Assembly: GCF_030144855.1 (NCBI RefSeq) | Contig: NC_082707.1 | Span: 135,470,001-135,534,000, forward strand | Direction of reading: 5' to 3' | From: Hypanus sabinus | Lineage: Eukaryota | Length of the DNA: 64,000 bases | Shown here: one piece after another, positions 37,746 to 50,485 of the stretch | How the letters are laid out: every line of letters starts with the position of its first letter | Numbering within the stretch: the first letter of the stretch is position 1 | Made by a program: the position numbers and the translations under genes | The notes under the pieces: model-generated | Seen by the model: the letters and a program-made list of their open reading frames with translations, nothing else | What the model was told of the DNA's origin: nothing | Database searches by the model: none

Positions 37746-38569
37746 ACAAACTCTCAAAATATTTAATTACTTTGTAGAATAAATGTCATTCTTGTTCATG
37801 TTGTAAATTCTATATTTTACATCTGCATGCAAGAAATTGTTGTTCATGTACAAAATTCATAGTTTAAAAACATGTCTCTATTTTTGTACGGCTGCCTCAT
37901 ATCACTGGTGGAAGAACAGATCTGGAGATGGATCATAGAGATGGTTAGGAAAGCAGAACCAGAATTATCCTGGAGTCAAACTCAAGCGCGTGGCCACAGC
38001 AGGAGTGGACAGTTTTTACAATGCACTCAAATATCTCCTTCGTTTATTGTGCATCTGGTCGATGAAGCATAGACATTAGTTCTGGGAAATTAAGTTGGCT
38101 GTTGAACTACACTGTATCCACAACACAGCAGCCAGCCCTTTGGTTCAACTTGTCCAAGTAATTTGTTTATGCTGCAGACACCACTACCCTTTCTAATAAT
38201 TGCAGCTCACTCTGAGCCAAATCTTTCCACTTTTCTCATGCCAACTTTAAGTGCGCCAATGTTCTTCATTTCAGTCACTTCATGCATCATAGATTTTTAC
38301 ATTTTCTATGCAAAGAAATTCCTCTTCTTTGTTTTTTTTCTAAATCTAATTATAGTACAATGCTTCATCGATGGAAGTGTTGGAGAGTAAGCCAGCTTGT
38401 TGCAATTATTTGAAAAGTTAACGATGGTCCAAAAATGAAGGTGCTAACTTGGAACAAAATAATTACTGAAAGAAAGTGGGCAGGCCTAAATAACTGCAGA
38501 AATGTCAGCAAATCAGTGAACAGGTCAGCACTAAGAACTCTGCGTAAACAGGATAGTAACAGTCAAAGG

Positions 38570-38920
38570 GACACATTTGCCTCATTGGGTAGTGTTAGTC
38601 CCGCACAATGCTGGAGATCGGCTTCAGTCCTGTCCTCTAATGATGTTGGTGTGGTGTTTTTATGTTCTCCCTGCGGCCTCCTGGGTTTCTCCTGGAGCTC
38701 CACTTCCTTCCCACATCCCTTGATGTACTGCTTGGCAGGCTAATTAGATATTGTAAATTACCCCCAGTGTAAGAAGGTGGCAGAATAATTTATAGTGGAG
38801 TTTATGGGCATGTGAGAGAGAATAGATGAGTGGGCCATGGGCCAAGTGAGGGGAACACAGTCAGCATGGACAAGTTGGGTTGAAGGACCTTTGCAATGAT
38901 GTCCAAGTCAATGGCTCTAT
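38570..38920 (+). mobile_element. V-domain SINE with CR1-type tail
   Basis: TGGGTTTCTCCTGGAGCTCCACTTCCTTCCCACATCCC V-domain; tail ..TGGGTTGAAGGACC..CTCTATGA. Confidence 0.65.
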
Positions 38921-39579
38921 GAGAAGGTTTGAAATAATATTTCTATGTGCCAACATAGATGACATGACAGACTGGCCATGTTATGATCTGGAGTGAACTC
39001 AGTGGACAGCATGATCAAAGATGGTAGTTATAACTGCACTCCCCAAAACTTGTCATCGTCAGCATTGTGGTACCTATGGCTGTAAAACAGTATCAAGTTT
39101 GGTAGAAGTAAGCAATTGTGATATAATCTCAGGAGTCTGCAGGAAAACTGCCACGTAGACTGAAGCCATTGATAGGTCAACAACATTCCCTGTGGTCAAA
39201 GCTTCACTTGAAAGACAACTTCTCATTAAGCAATGGACCTATTTCTGTAAGTTGTTAAGAGAATGGGAAGTAGGAAACAAGACTGGACCACAGGGTTATA
39301 TTGCAAATTAAATTGTTAGTTTACAGTTCAGTGGAAAAACTGTAAACATGTCCTTGGGCACATCTGGCTACTAAATAAAATTACAGACTGACATAAAAGT
39401 TCACAATATATTTTTCTCTTATAACACAAGCACAAAAACAAGTCAGCAGCAATTTAGGAGGAGCTTGGCTTTTCATCCTAAACTTTAGGCTTATGGAACT
39501 ATTTTTATTCAGTTTTTTTTTAAATTGTTAATTTAGTCAATCAAAAAAGAAGAATTAGTTAATAAAGTCTCTTTGCATT

Positions 39580-39700
39580 GGAGATATAAGAGACTGCAGA
39601 TGTTGGAATCTGGACCAAAAATCAAAACACTGTAAGAACACTGTGGGTGTGCCCCAGATGCTGCCTGGCCCGTTGAATTCTCCCTAGAGTTTGTGTTTGG
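39580..39700. mobile_element. Inverted pair of PLE terminal fragments
   Basis: AGAGACTGCAGATGTTGGAATC followed by CAGATGCTGCCTGGCCCGTTGAATTC. Confidence 0.55.
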
Positions 39701-39872
39701 TCTTATATGTGCTTGACCATTCTGAATCTAACTTACTTCAATGATGATGCAGAATTTACCAAATTTGAGCCATTTCAGAAGCTGTTCCAAGAATGAGTAC
39801 ATATCATTGTGATCAAAAAGCACAGCCTGCCATAGTAGATCAGAATCAGTGCCGATTGAAAAAACAAGATAT

Positions 39873-40081
39873 TGTAGCGGTGTGCTACATGCAGCGCTAA
39901 AATTACGACACGGAGTCGGTAACTGCAGTCGAAGGAAAAACTTTATTCGAAATCCTCAGCCTCACTTTTAAGCCTCCCTCAACCTGCCCCCCGTGGCGCA
40001 GAGGCTCTAAAGCTCTGTGCTCGCAAACCCCCGTAGGCTATCTCCCTTAAGCCGGAAAGCTGGCTAATTGTGAGCCGGTTC
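39873..40081 (-). mobile_element. Truncated solo LTR related to the 24839-29055 Gypsy
   Basis: TGTAGCGGTGTGCTACATGCAGCGCTAAAATTACGACACGGAGTCGGTAA and CTGGCTAATTGTGAGCCGGTTC match the provirus LTR; the middle differs and the ..CCACA end is missing. Confidence 0.85.
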
Positions 40082-40214
40082 CCCATTGTGCCTGAGCTGC
40101 TTGCTGGATAAATTTAACAAGACGGCAGGACCTGCTGAGGCGAATCTTCATAGGCAAGGTTGGGTAGGCCAGGTGGGCTAGGATAAGAGAAAACTGAAAA
40201 GCAGCAAGAACACC

Positions 40215-40450
40215 AAGTTTATTTTTATTTATTTAGAGATACTACATGGAAACAGACCTATCTGGCCCATTGAGCCAGCAGCACCCAGCTACACGCCTGG
40301 GACCAATTAGCCTGTTATCCCATACGCCTTTGGAATATGGGAGAAAAGCAAAGCACCCAGAGTCAAGGGGACTCCTTGCAGACAGTGACTGGAATTGAAC
40401 TTGGGTCAGGGTCACAGGCGCTGTAATAACATTACTCTAACTAATACTCC
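40215..40450 (-). mobile_element. V-domain SINE
   Basis: (TTTA)n tail; GCCTTTGGAATATGGGAGAAAAGCAAAGCACCC antisense V-domain; GGAATTGAAC antisense B-box. Confidence 0.65.
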
Positions 40451-41510
40451 ACTGTCTTTCTGGTGGCTTAAAGTTAAGATAAAGCCTCAGCATTTGCAGC
40501 AGCTTTGTCATTTGCCCAGGGCAAGCCTTTTCTCTGTGCAGAGAGTTTTGTGAAGCCTTGCCAAAGGGGCACAAGCATGATGGCAGATACCATTGCTATT
40601 TTTAGAAACAACAGTAGAAGGACGAGATAGGCATAATCCACAGTGCTGTGTTAGGATCAGCAGAATGGGAGGTGCCCGGGGTTCAGCAGAAAGAGAATCA
40701 GGAGCTGAGGCAGCAGGGTGCATTACCCTCCCAGCAGAGAAAGGATTGGCTTCCCTCAAATGGCAGAGGAACAGAGCTTCTGAGGGCTGTGTGGTCAGTT
40801 TAGGCTGGGGCAGGGATCGGCCTTCCTGCTGGACCAATGGTTGTAAAAGTCACCTCTGAGGTAAAAGTCAATACTTTTGCCTCTGGCCCTTGCCAGGGCA
40901 CCACTGACTTACTTGCATTGACGTCAGCTAAGAGGTGGATTGTTTGCAGAGCTAACCTCCCCCGACAACTCCAATAATCAGGATAAATGGCGAATTGCAC
41001 ATGCCTTTCCAGCTGCTTTCCAAGAGATACAAAGTGCTATATATGACGCATATCTAAAAATCCAAGGGCTACTAAGGCAGCGCCGGAAACTGCAGTCCCC
41101 TACTAGAGATTTTATTCCAAGATGCTCACGTGACTTGCAATCTCAACCAGGCTCTCGTTCATATTCTGAGTGATAGCCCATCTGATGCCATGAGGCATTC
41201 ATACTGTTGCGGCCAAACTCTGCATTCAGGGACAAGGTCTTAAGGATGGCTCATAGACCAATATGAATTGAGGAAACCCCTGTCCAATATTGCTTTGTAC
41301 CACCCAGGCATGACCCCTCTAATGCAAGATACCTGTGCCTCTTTACGTGACTACCATAACACAAGCATGTTGTAGGTGTGGCTCAGCTGTAAGAAATATC
41401 TTTTACACCAGGAGCTTCCTACTTTTACAACTGAAAGTTCTACTTGTTTACAAGCAGTAAAGTATGCAGCTCCCACCTTCGTAGTAAACCTTCCTGAAAA
41501 ACACCTGCTA

Positions 41511-42215
41511 TAGAACATAGAATAGTACAGCACATTACAGGCCCTTCAGCCCACAATGTTGTGCTGACCCACAAACCCTGCCTCACATATAACCCCCCAC
41601 CTTAAATTCCTCCATATACCTGAATAGTAGTCTCTTAAACTTCACTAGTGTATCTGCCTCCACCACTGACTCAGGCAGTGCATTCCATGCACCAACCACT
41701 CTCTGAGTGAAAAACCTTCCTCTAATATCCCCCTTGAACTTCCCTTCCCTTACCTTAAAGCCATGTCCTCTTGTACTGAGTGGTGGTGCCCTGGGGAGGA
41801 GGCGCTGGCTGTCCATTCTATCTATTCCTCTTAAAATCTTGTACACCTCTATCATGTCTCCTCTCATCCTCCTTCTCTCCAAAGAGTAAAGCCCTAGCTC
41901 CCTTAATCTCTGATCATAATCCATACACTCTAAACCAGGCAGCATCCTGGTAAATATCCTTTGTACCCATTCCAATGCTTCCACATCCTTCCTATAGTGA
42001 GGTGACCAGAACTGGACACAGTACTCCAAGTGTGGCCTAACCAGAGTTTTATAGAGCTGCATCATTACATTGCGTCTCTTAAACTCTATACCTCGACTTA
42101 TGAAAGCTAACACCCCATAAGCTTTCTTAACTACCCTATCTACCTGTGAGGCAACTTTCAGGGATCTATGGACATGTACCCCCAGATCCCTCTGCTCCCC
42201 CACACTACCAAGTAT
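41511..42215 (-). mobile_element. Young 5'-truncated CR1 LINE
   Basis: Open 215-aa frame (QRDLGVHVH..LVRPHLEYCVQFWSP..FFTQRVVGAWN); TSD CCTGCTA at 41504-41510 and 42216-42222. Confidence 0.95.
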
Positions 42216-42944
42216 CCTGCTACAAGTCATACTATGTCACAAGCCATTCCTTTTAAGGAGTTCTGGTGGTTTTGAACCTTCATAAAACTACTGTAGCCTT
42301 GCCCCTGGGATGGCTGGGCCACTAAGTATATGCTGTACATATTTTTACTTTACTTCTAACTATATTGCCTCCAATAGAGTATGGTTGCTATGCGTTTAGG
42401 TTAGGTGGGCTCTTGGTGGTTAGTACTGTCATGGTGGGCTGAAGGGTCTGTTTCTCTGGGGTATGGTTCATAATACTATAAAAGCCTCATAATCCCCCTG
42501 TAAAATTTGTTTCCCAACACCCTACCCTCCCATCTCAGGGGAGTGCTCACACGAGTTATGAACCACTTGATGACACTCACTACTAGGGACAAGAGACTAG
42601 CTGAGGAGGTGTCATTATAAGATGCAACACCTCCTGTCAGAGCTTCAACAGACTGGAATCCCTGTTAGGTGAGGGTCCATCCTGAATCACCGCTGGCCTC
42701 CTTTCTACTGGTTCACAGTGGCTTCTGCCTTAAATTGACATTCTTCATGCAAGTGGTCCTAAGCAATACATCATATTGGATGGTACAAAGAAATGTAATT
42801 GTGTTTGTCCCCTGAATAAATTGCAAACCTCTAGCATTTTGTGTTGCTTTAGCAGTGGTCATGGTAATCTGTTCAGGTCCCTTGCCCTGACAGCAACAAA
42901 ACTATTCTTTCAGGCCCCTGTCAATGACTGATCCATCTTCACCT

Positions 42945-43310
42945 ATGATCATCGTCATCATGTGCCGTGTCGTATGACATGGTCTTGACCATGATTGTTC
43001 TTGGCAAATTTTTCAACAGAAGAAGTTTGCCATTGACTTCTTCTGGTCTGTGTCTTCACAATATGGGTGACCCCGGCCATTATAAATACTCCCCAGAGAT
43101 TGCCTGCCTGGCATCAGTGGTCGCATAACCAGGACTTGTGATATGTATCAGATGCTCATACAATCATCCACCACCTGCTTGCATGGCTTTGTGTGACCCT
43201 GATCAGGGGCTAAGCAGGTGCTACAGCTTGCCCTGGGATGAGCTGCGGGTTAGCGGAAAGAAGGAGCATATTACATCTCCTTTGGTAGAGACATATCTCC
43301 ACCCCACCAC
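42945..43310 (-). mobile_element. RTE-tail non-autonomous element/SINE
   Basis: (CAT)n tail and AAGTTTGCCATTGACTTC motif typical of RTE-mobilised 3' ends; non-coding. Confidence 0.55.
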
Positions 43311-43996
43311 CCTGTACGGAGGAAAAATAATTGAACAGAAGAGGCAGAAAGTTCATGGGCTGGGCCAGTGAATGAGAATTGGCACCGTTCATCTCTTGGG
43401 TCAGAGATGCACATGTCTTATCATTCTGCTAGTGTGGATCTGTGATGTGTAGTCTAAAGAATTCACTTTAACATTATGGGCTCAAAACCTGAATGAGGAA
43501 ATTTGAACTTGGACATCTAGACACAGAGAATACAGAATTATACAATGCAGTCTGGATTCTTGGCCTGTAGTCTGTGGTTGTATAATTTCCTACTATTCCT
43601 TGAGCTATTCTGCTGAAAATTGTTCACAAACCATCCCTAATTATTCCCTCCACTGAATGCTCAATTTTTCCTATGTTGGCTTGGAGGAAATTTCTCATCT
43701 TCTCCTGGCTGTCAGACAAATATGAAAATATTAACTGTGACAGATTGCATAAGCTAGGCTTGTTGTTTTTGCGGCAGAGGAAATTGATGAGAGATTCAAT
43801 TGAAATCTTAAAAATTATGAAGGACGTAAAGAAAACAAAAGGAACAAATATATATCCCTCAGCTGATGGATCAAATACCAAAGTCCATAAGTTCAAACTA
43901 CTGGTTGTAGGATGAGGGGCTCACAAGGGAAAATATATTTACACAGTGGACCTGGAGCTCACTGTCTAAATGTGTAATGGAGGCAGAACCAGTCAA

Positions 43997-44725
43997 AGTA
44001 GATCAGCTGATTGAGAGGTGTTGAAACAACAACCTTGCACCTGATGTCAGCAAAACCAAGGAACTGATTGTGGAGCTCAGGAAAGGGAAGTCAGGAGATA
44101 ATACATCAGTCCTCTTGAGGGGTTCAGTGGTGGAGAGGTTGAGCAGCTTCAAGTTCTTGGCTGTCAACATCTCAGAGGATCTGTCCTGGGCTCAACACAT
44201 TGATGCAAACAGAAGAGTACCCCAGTGGCTATGCTTCATTAGGAGTTTGAGGACATTTGGTAAGTTACTAAAGACTCTTGGAAATTTCTATGGATATACC
44301 GTGGAAAGAGTTCTGGCTGGTTGCATCAATGGCAGCTCTAATGCATAAGACTGAAAGAGCTTGCAGAGAGTTGTAGACTCAGCCAGCTCCGTCATGGGTG
44401 CAATCCTCCATACCATCAAAAGGCAGTGCCTCAAGAAGAGGACATCAACCAGTCTGTGACATGTCCTTTTCTCATTAGCATCAGGGAGGAGATACAGGAG
44501 CATGAAGACTCGCACTTAATGTTTTAAGAACGGCTTCTTCTCATCTGCCACCAGATTTCCGCGTGGCCAATCACCACATGAACATTACCTCATTATTCCT
44601 CTTCTGCTCAATTTGTTTATTTTCTGTTAAATAATAACACCTTGTTTTATCTTACACTCTACTGCTAGCACAAGATATCAAACTTCACAACACGTGTCAG
44701 TGAAAATCAGCCTGATTCTGATCTA
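43997..44725 (+). mobile_element. Rex1/Babar LINE 3' fragment within an older CR1 remnant (~43690-44860)
   Basis: SKTKELIVELRK..VERLSSFKFLAVNISEDLSWAQHI; tail CCTGATTCTGAT. Confidence 0.85.
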
Positions 44726-45299
44726 CATTTTAAAGTACTATGATAAAAGGTTTAACAGCTGTCTCCTGGGGAGTTGGAAGCTGTAACTAGATTGGGGAGC
44801 TTTTTTTTTGACAACAGAAACATGATGGGCTTAACCATCATCACCACTGTTGCACATTTTAATTCGTTTTCAATGATTTACATTCCTCACACATGGCTAA
44901 CCCAAGCTTAGAAACCACCTCACCTATCACATCGGAGCTGATGACAGATCCACCCACTCAAAAATATAGCTGCATGGTATTTACTGAAAACTCACAGAGT
45001 TCCTGTAGTTCTGAGGCTTCTGTATGCTTTGATTAAAAATGGACACACTCTGGGCTAAATGCTCTGGCTGGCTTCTTTTTCTGGGCCTAAGAAGATGTCC
45101 TTGATACCTCAATCTTATTTGCATTTAATAGGTGGATCTGTATGCCAGAGAGTTTGTCATAGTTCATTGCCATTGAGGATAACATCAGAGGCCCCTGACA
45201 ACTTCAAATGTTACCTATTAGTACTGTCATCTGAAAGCACCATCCCAATATCCACATTCCAGCTAATGCCACCTTACCCCATCCTACTTGCTTATTAGC

Positions 45300-46070
45300 C
45301 AGCACTGGATGAGAATTTTCCTTAATGTTGGGAAAACTACATATTCAGCTTTGATTGCAATGTTTTCTTCCAGTTACCAATGACATTTCTCTCTTTGTGC
45401 TGTTTAAAATTGTGTCTCGCTGCTCCATGCTTAGTGTCATACCTAAAGGTGAAATTAGTTTCAGGTAACATATCGCTTCCATCACCAATGCTAGTTCCAT
45501 GTCTGTAACATTTCCCTTGTCTCAGCTCCTAAATTTCACATCTACGCATTTATTCCTTAAGTCTTGCTTATTTCAAAAGTCATTTTCCTATCGGTCTACC
45601 ATATTCTTTCTCCATAATTATTAAGTCATCTTAATCTCTGCTGCCCTTCTTCCAGCATGCACTAACTCTGGAGATGCATGGGTACAAGGTTAGGCAACAT
45701 TCTCCCACACTGTTTCATGTACATTGCTCTCACAGCTCTGTCCCTCTGTAATCAGTCCTTGAGATAACTGCAGTGCTCATATTTTCCTCTCTCGACAATT
45801 TTCAAATTTAATTGTTCCACCAGTAGAAGCCATGCCTTTAGCTGTAATCTCTAGGCTCTAGAATTCCTTCATGAAATCTCTCCATCTTACTTTCTTTCTT
45901 CAAGGTCCTCTAGTCTGAAGGTTACCCCTTGGACCAAGCTTTTAGACGTCAGCCCTATTATCTTCTGGTATGGCTTGGGGTCTGTTATTGGTCACTGATG
46001 TTGATGTAAAACACTTCAGGTAAGTTTGCTATGAAAAAGAAGTGATATAAATGGAGTTTGTTGTTATTCA
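45300..46070 (+). mobile_element. Old L2-clade LINE 3' fragment
   Basis: GCCTTTAGCTGT..CTCTAGAATTCC..GACCAAGCTTTT and terminal TGTAAAACACTT..GATATAAATGGAGTTTGTTGTT, an L2-type end. Confidence 0.55.
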
Positions 46071-49000
46071 GACTCCAAAATAAATCCAGAGAGTTCCCAA
46101 ATGCTTTAAAGAGCCTCTAAGGTATGAAAATAGTGATTTTTTTTGTTATAATCGCAAATCATCTCTGACAAGATCCCTGTTAATTCCTAAAGAATGTGTG
46201 AAATTGAATAAGAGCTAATATGTTACCAAGCTCTGAATCAATAATGACTTCATGAGTGTTTGGTTGCTGTATCATGACTCAAACCAAAACTTAAGCCTCT
46301 GTCACTTTCAGATTTTCAGGGCTTTTTCCAAATTAGTGAGGTGGGGAGAATTGCAAATACTAAAGTATTGTTCACTAATACTTTTTGATGTTTTGAATCC
46401 ATTGTTTATTAGGACTTGCCCTTATTTAGGTTGAGTTCCATTTGAGTTTGTCCATTATTTACAGTACAACAAAGCAAACTGTGCCGTCTCAGAGCACATT
46501 TTAGCACAGAAAAACTTTTGTAAAAAGATTTCCTTCTCACTGGGAAAAGCTGCAGCTGTGGAATAAGCTGTGAAATATGCAAAGATAGTGGATTAGTCAC
46601 TTGACCTCCACAGAGGAACAAATATTTCTTTGTAACTTTTTTACCTCATTGAATAAGTGCTGGTTAATTCTCTGCATTCCGGGAAACGCTGACAAAAGCT
46701 GCTGCTGATGGCAACTTACTTCAAAAGCGATTATTGGTCTCAAAGGTGATGTCATCTCCTTGTGACCCTCATTCAGATACAGTATTGGATGGCGCTGGCT
46801 CATTGACAAGGTTGCTATATACGGCAGCTTCCACTATTTCTAGTAAATCATTTGCTATTCCTTGCCATTTCAAAGAAGAATGGAATGCGTGGAATCAAAA
46901 TTGCCCATTCTCAGAATATCTCATTTTGTTAATGGCCATGACTTGGAATTTCCTGTTGACCAAGCAGAGGCCATATTATAGCTGTAAAGATTGTCTCCCA
47001 TTTTCCCATCTGTTAATACCATACATCACTCATCACAAAGGGACCTTCATCATTTGTTTTGCTTGAGTTCACACTAGAAATCCAAGATGAGTCATAGTGT
47101 CAATCCCCATTGCGAAGGATAATGCCAGGTGAATTTTGATCGGAGCTGGAGAGATTGTGTAAGGCATTCAAAAAGGCAGTTGTACTCACACAGGATGAAA
47201 CAAACACTGGGGCAAAGGAAGCTGGGTTGCACAAAAGACTGAAGTCAAAAGAACACGAATTCTTGGATGGATGAAGAGCTGGAGAAGGTGGACAGAAACG
47301 GGGAGAAGGACAGAGAAGGTTGTGAAGTACATGACCATTAAAAATTGAATCTTAGAAAATGAACCATTGAAACCATTTTGCCTATCACTTTATGTAATGC
47401 GATGCTCTTTGTGGATGTCTTAAATATACATCCCATATCATGAACACAATCTGTACTAAACCACATCAATTGTTCAGTTACTGCTTTATTAATAAGACAA
47501 TTTGAAAATTGGAATAATCATATTCACCCTGTCACCCACTTTAAGAAAAGCATTAAAAACATGCAGAGCTTTCAATCATGTTGGTAAATCATTAGCCAAA
47601 CTTAAAATAAACAGGGCTGATCAATAAAAGGGCCCCACTGACAGGTGACTGCAGTGCCTGAGTCATATCTAATGACTAATTTAACCTGGTTAGTGAAACA
47701 TTAAGATATTGCTAAATCTGCATTTAATTTATTGAAACAAAGGAAGATTGTGCAGTGCTTTATCTGACTTTGAATTGATAGCAGAAGTGTTGACTGTGAA
47801 GTGAATTTCTTATAGGAGGCCAGTTAATGATAGTGGTATTTTAAAACTAAGTATTCCCCAATATTGCAATGGTGAGTGGCATATTTCCAATTTTCTATTC
47901 TTGAAATACTGATCCAGAATTTAGAAAGCATTTGGAATATTAGTTTCCCTGCTTTATTGCAATTGGCTTCATAGGTTGACATTGTGGATCAAGAGTCAAA
48001 GTCATAAAAAAGCCAGTTGGTGATAATTACTGCAATAGGTTGGAATTACCTTCAGGGGTTGTCTTACACAAGATTTAAATACATTTTTCATGAAATTTTT
48101 TCATGTTCAATGATTCTGGTATCTAGCTGAAAATAAAAGTTATTTCTTTATTGCCACCCAGGTTTGTACCAGTTGGTCATTTATTGCCTGTCCAAAAATA
48201 CATCTCCATGTAAATTTAATGAAGGGCTTCGACCCAGAATGTTGACTGTCCATTTCCTTCCAAAGTTGTTGCCTTGTGATAAATATTCACTTCTTGTTTC
48301 ATGTTTGCTAAGCTTGCTTAGGAATTTTTCTGACACACCTCTGCAGGCATTAAACCCTTGTAAGTTCATTCATTGCACTGTGGATTGAGATAGATCAAGG
48401 AAAAACAATAACAGAACAGCAACTTACGAAAGTCCCACATCATCCAAGTTGAACCCATACCTTGAACCTCTGACAGCAGGTTTCTTTCTAACTTGCCACT
48501 CACCCTATAGCCTGCCAATTACAGGTCACCCCATCCACTATCTGAATGCTAAATACAAATCCTCGAATCGTCATTTGCACCCACAGGCTCTAGACACGTC
48601 ACTGCTAATTGCAAACCCCTCACTCACCAGTCAACCCATCACCAGTTCATGATCCACAGACATCAGACACACTCATCCCAGCTCACTTATTCAGCACTTC
48701 CACCTCTGAACACTGATGTCTATTTCAGCTGTTCTTTGGGGATGACTGAATCTGCAAGCATTAGGCTGATGTTGAAATGGTAGTTGGCTGTAACAGATGA
48801 AGATGGCTCTGTGAGAATGTTGAATTCCTAGATCCACCCCTTGTGAATCATCCAGTCAACCAGAGTTTAGGTAAAGGGAACTGGCAGCATCAACCATATG
48901 ATTTAATAAACACACTCAATGTAATGAGTAGTGTTGTGGCAGCAAAACAAAAATTCATAATGTCTTAAAGAAAATAGCCAGTTTTGTACACTAAGACATC

Positions 49001-49364
49001 ACCCTTTCAAATCTTATGGACTTGACCATTGTTCAACATCAAGAATGATAAGTGGCTGCTAGTCAATGTTAATTAATGAGTGCCAGGAAATTCTTGTTTC
49101 AGAAATGTTACAATGTTGTGCAAAAGTAAATAGCAATCTGTAACTGTTTTCCTTTTGGAAATGTTCTTTTAGATGAGAACTATCTCATTGCAGAAGGATC
49201 TGGCTAAGCTCTATGAATGCTATCTATGTGTTTTCTATTAAATCATAACTTGCATAAAAAGGCAACTTACACAAGTATATTTACATTCCTGTATCTTTTC
49301 TTTTCACAGTAAATGAGGCCATTCAGCCTATTGTGTCAATGCTGGCTGTCCCACCAGTAGCATT

Positions 49365-49650
49365 CATAGAAACATAGAAATCTAAAGCTCATTACAGGGC
49401 CTTCAGCCCACAATGTTGTGCCGACCATGTAATGTACTCTAGAAGCTGCCTAGAATTTTCTTATCACATAGCCCCCTATTTTTCAAAGCTCATGTACCTA
49501 TCTAAGAGTCTCTTAAAAGACCCTATTGTATCTATGTCTACCACTTTCACTGGCAGTACATTCCACACACCCACCATTCTCTGTGTGAAAAACTTATCTC
49601 TGACATCCCCCTTGTACCTTCTTCCAAGCACCTTAAAACTGTGCCTCCCA
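49365..49650 (-). mobile_element. CR1 3' end
   Basis: CATAGAAACATAGAAA tail; close similarity to 2498-2838. Confidence 0.8.
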
Positions 49651-49711
49651 TGGAACCTCTTTTTTCTCAGATGCCCATTATCTCTCCTTTGTTTCTCCTA
49701 CTATGCACCTA

Positions 49712-49781
49712 CAGTACTGTGCAAAAGTCTAAGGCACATGTATTCTGTAGCTAGAGTCCCTAATACTTTTGCACAGTACTG
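49712..49781. mobile_element. 70-bp Tc1/mariner-type miniature inverted-repeat element
   Basis: TA|CAGTACTGTGCAAAAGT..ACTTTTGCACAGTACTG|TA; 17-bp perfect TIR extending imperfectly to ~26 bp. Confidence 0.8.
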
Positions 49782-50139
49782 TAGTTATTTTATGTATTGC
49801 TCTGTACTGCTGTCACATAAAAAAACTTATGACGTATGATGATAAACCTGATTTTGACATGGGTCTCTATTGTGGGCTCAGAGTGGGAAGGCACAAAAAT
49901 AGGGGAATCATGGTTGGGAAAAGGGGAAGGGAGAGGGGAGGGAGAGGGAAACACCAGAGGGACATTCTGTAATGACCAATAAACCAATTGTTTGGAATCA
50001 ATGACCTTGCCTGTGAGAAATATTAATAAGAAAGCAACTTCTGGTGCCAGGCTGCAGTGCAAGGTTGATGATGCTGACCCAGAATGCCACAATTTTTTTT
50101 CTTATCATTTATTCACTGGGTATTACGGAGAGGACCAAT

Positions 50140-50485
50140 GTTTCTCTTATCTATCTCTAATTGTCTTTACTATCTGGCTTATTTGGCCGCTTTAGAGAAG
50201 AGTTAATTATATTGTTTGTGTATGGAGTTACATATAGGATAAATTAGGTAAGAAAAACAGATATCCATGATTGTAACAGATATTTTGTGTTTAGATCCAA
50301 AACTACATGATTATCATGAATGCAATCAAATTGTAAAGTAACATAGTCCAGCATCTGCAGTCTCTAATGTCCTCAAACAAATTTTGAAATTCAGTTTATC
50401 CATCTGCCAGGGCTTTGAATTTGCAGACCATCAGTCCTAATCTTTGGATTATTAGTCCAGAATCATTACTGCTGAATTACTATGT
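50140..50485 (-). mobile_element. Ancient tRNA-derived SINE (LF-SINE-like)
   Basis: Degenerate TGGAGTTACATATAGG..GGTAAG..CAGAT body and TTTGGATTATTAGTCCAG antisense head; recognised from memory. Confidence 0.45.

Noticed and set aside
45905-46025. Perfect CAG|GTAAGT donor with an upstream acceptor
   Set aside because: All three frames contain stops and the segment lies in an L2-type 3' end.
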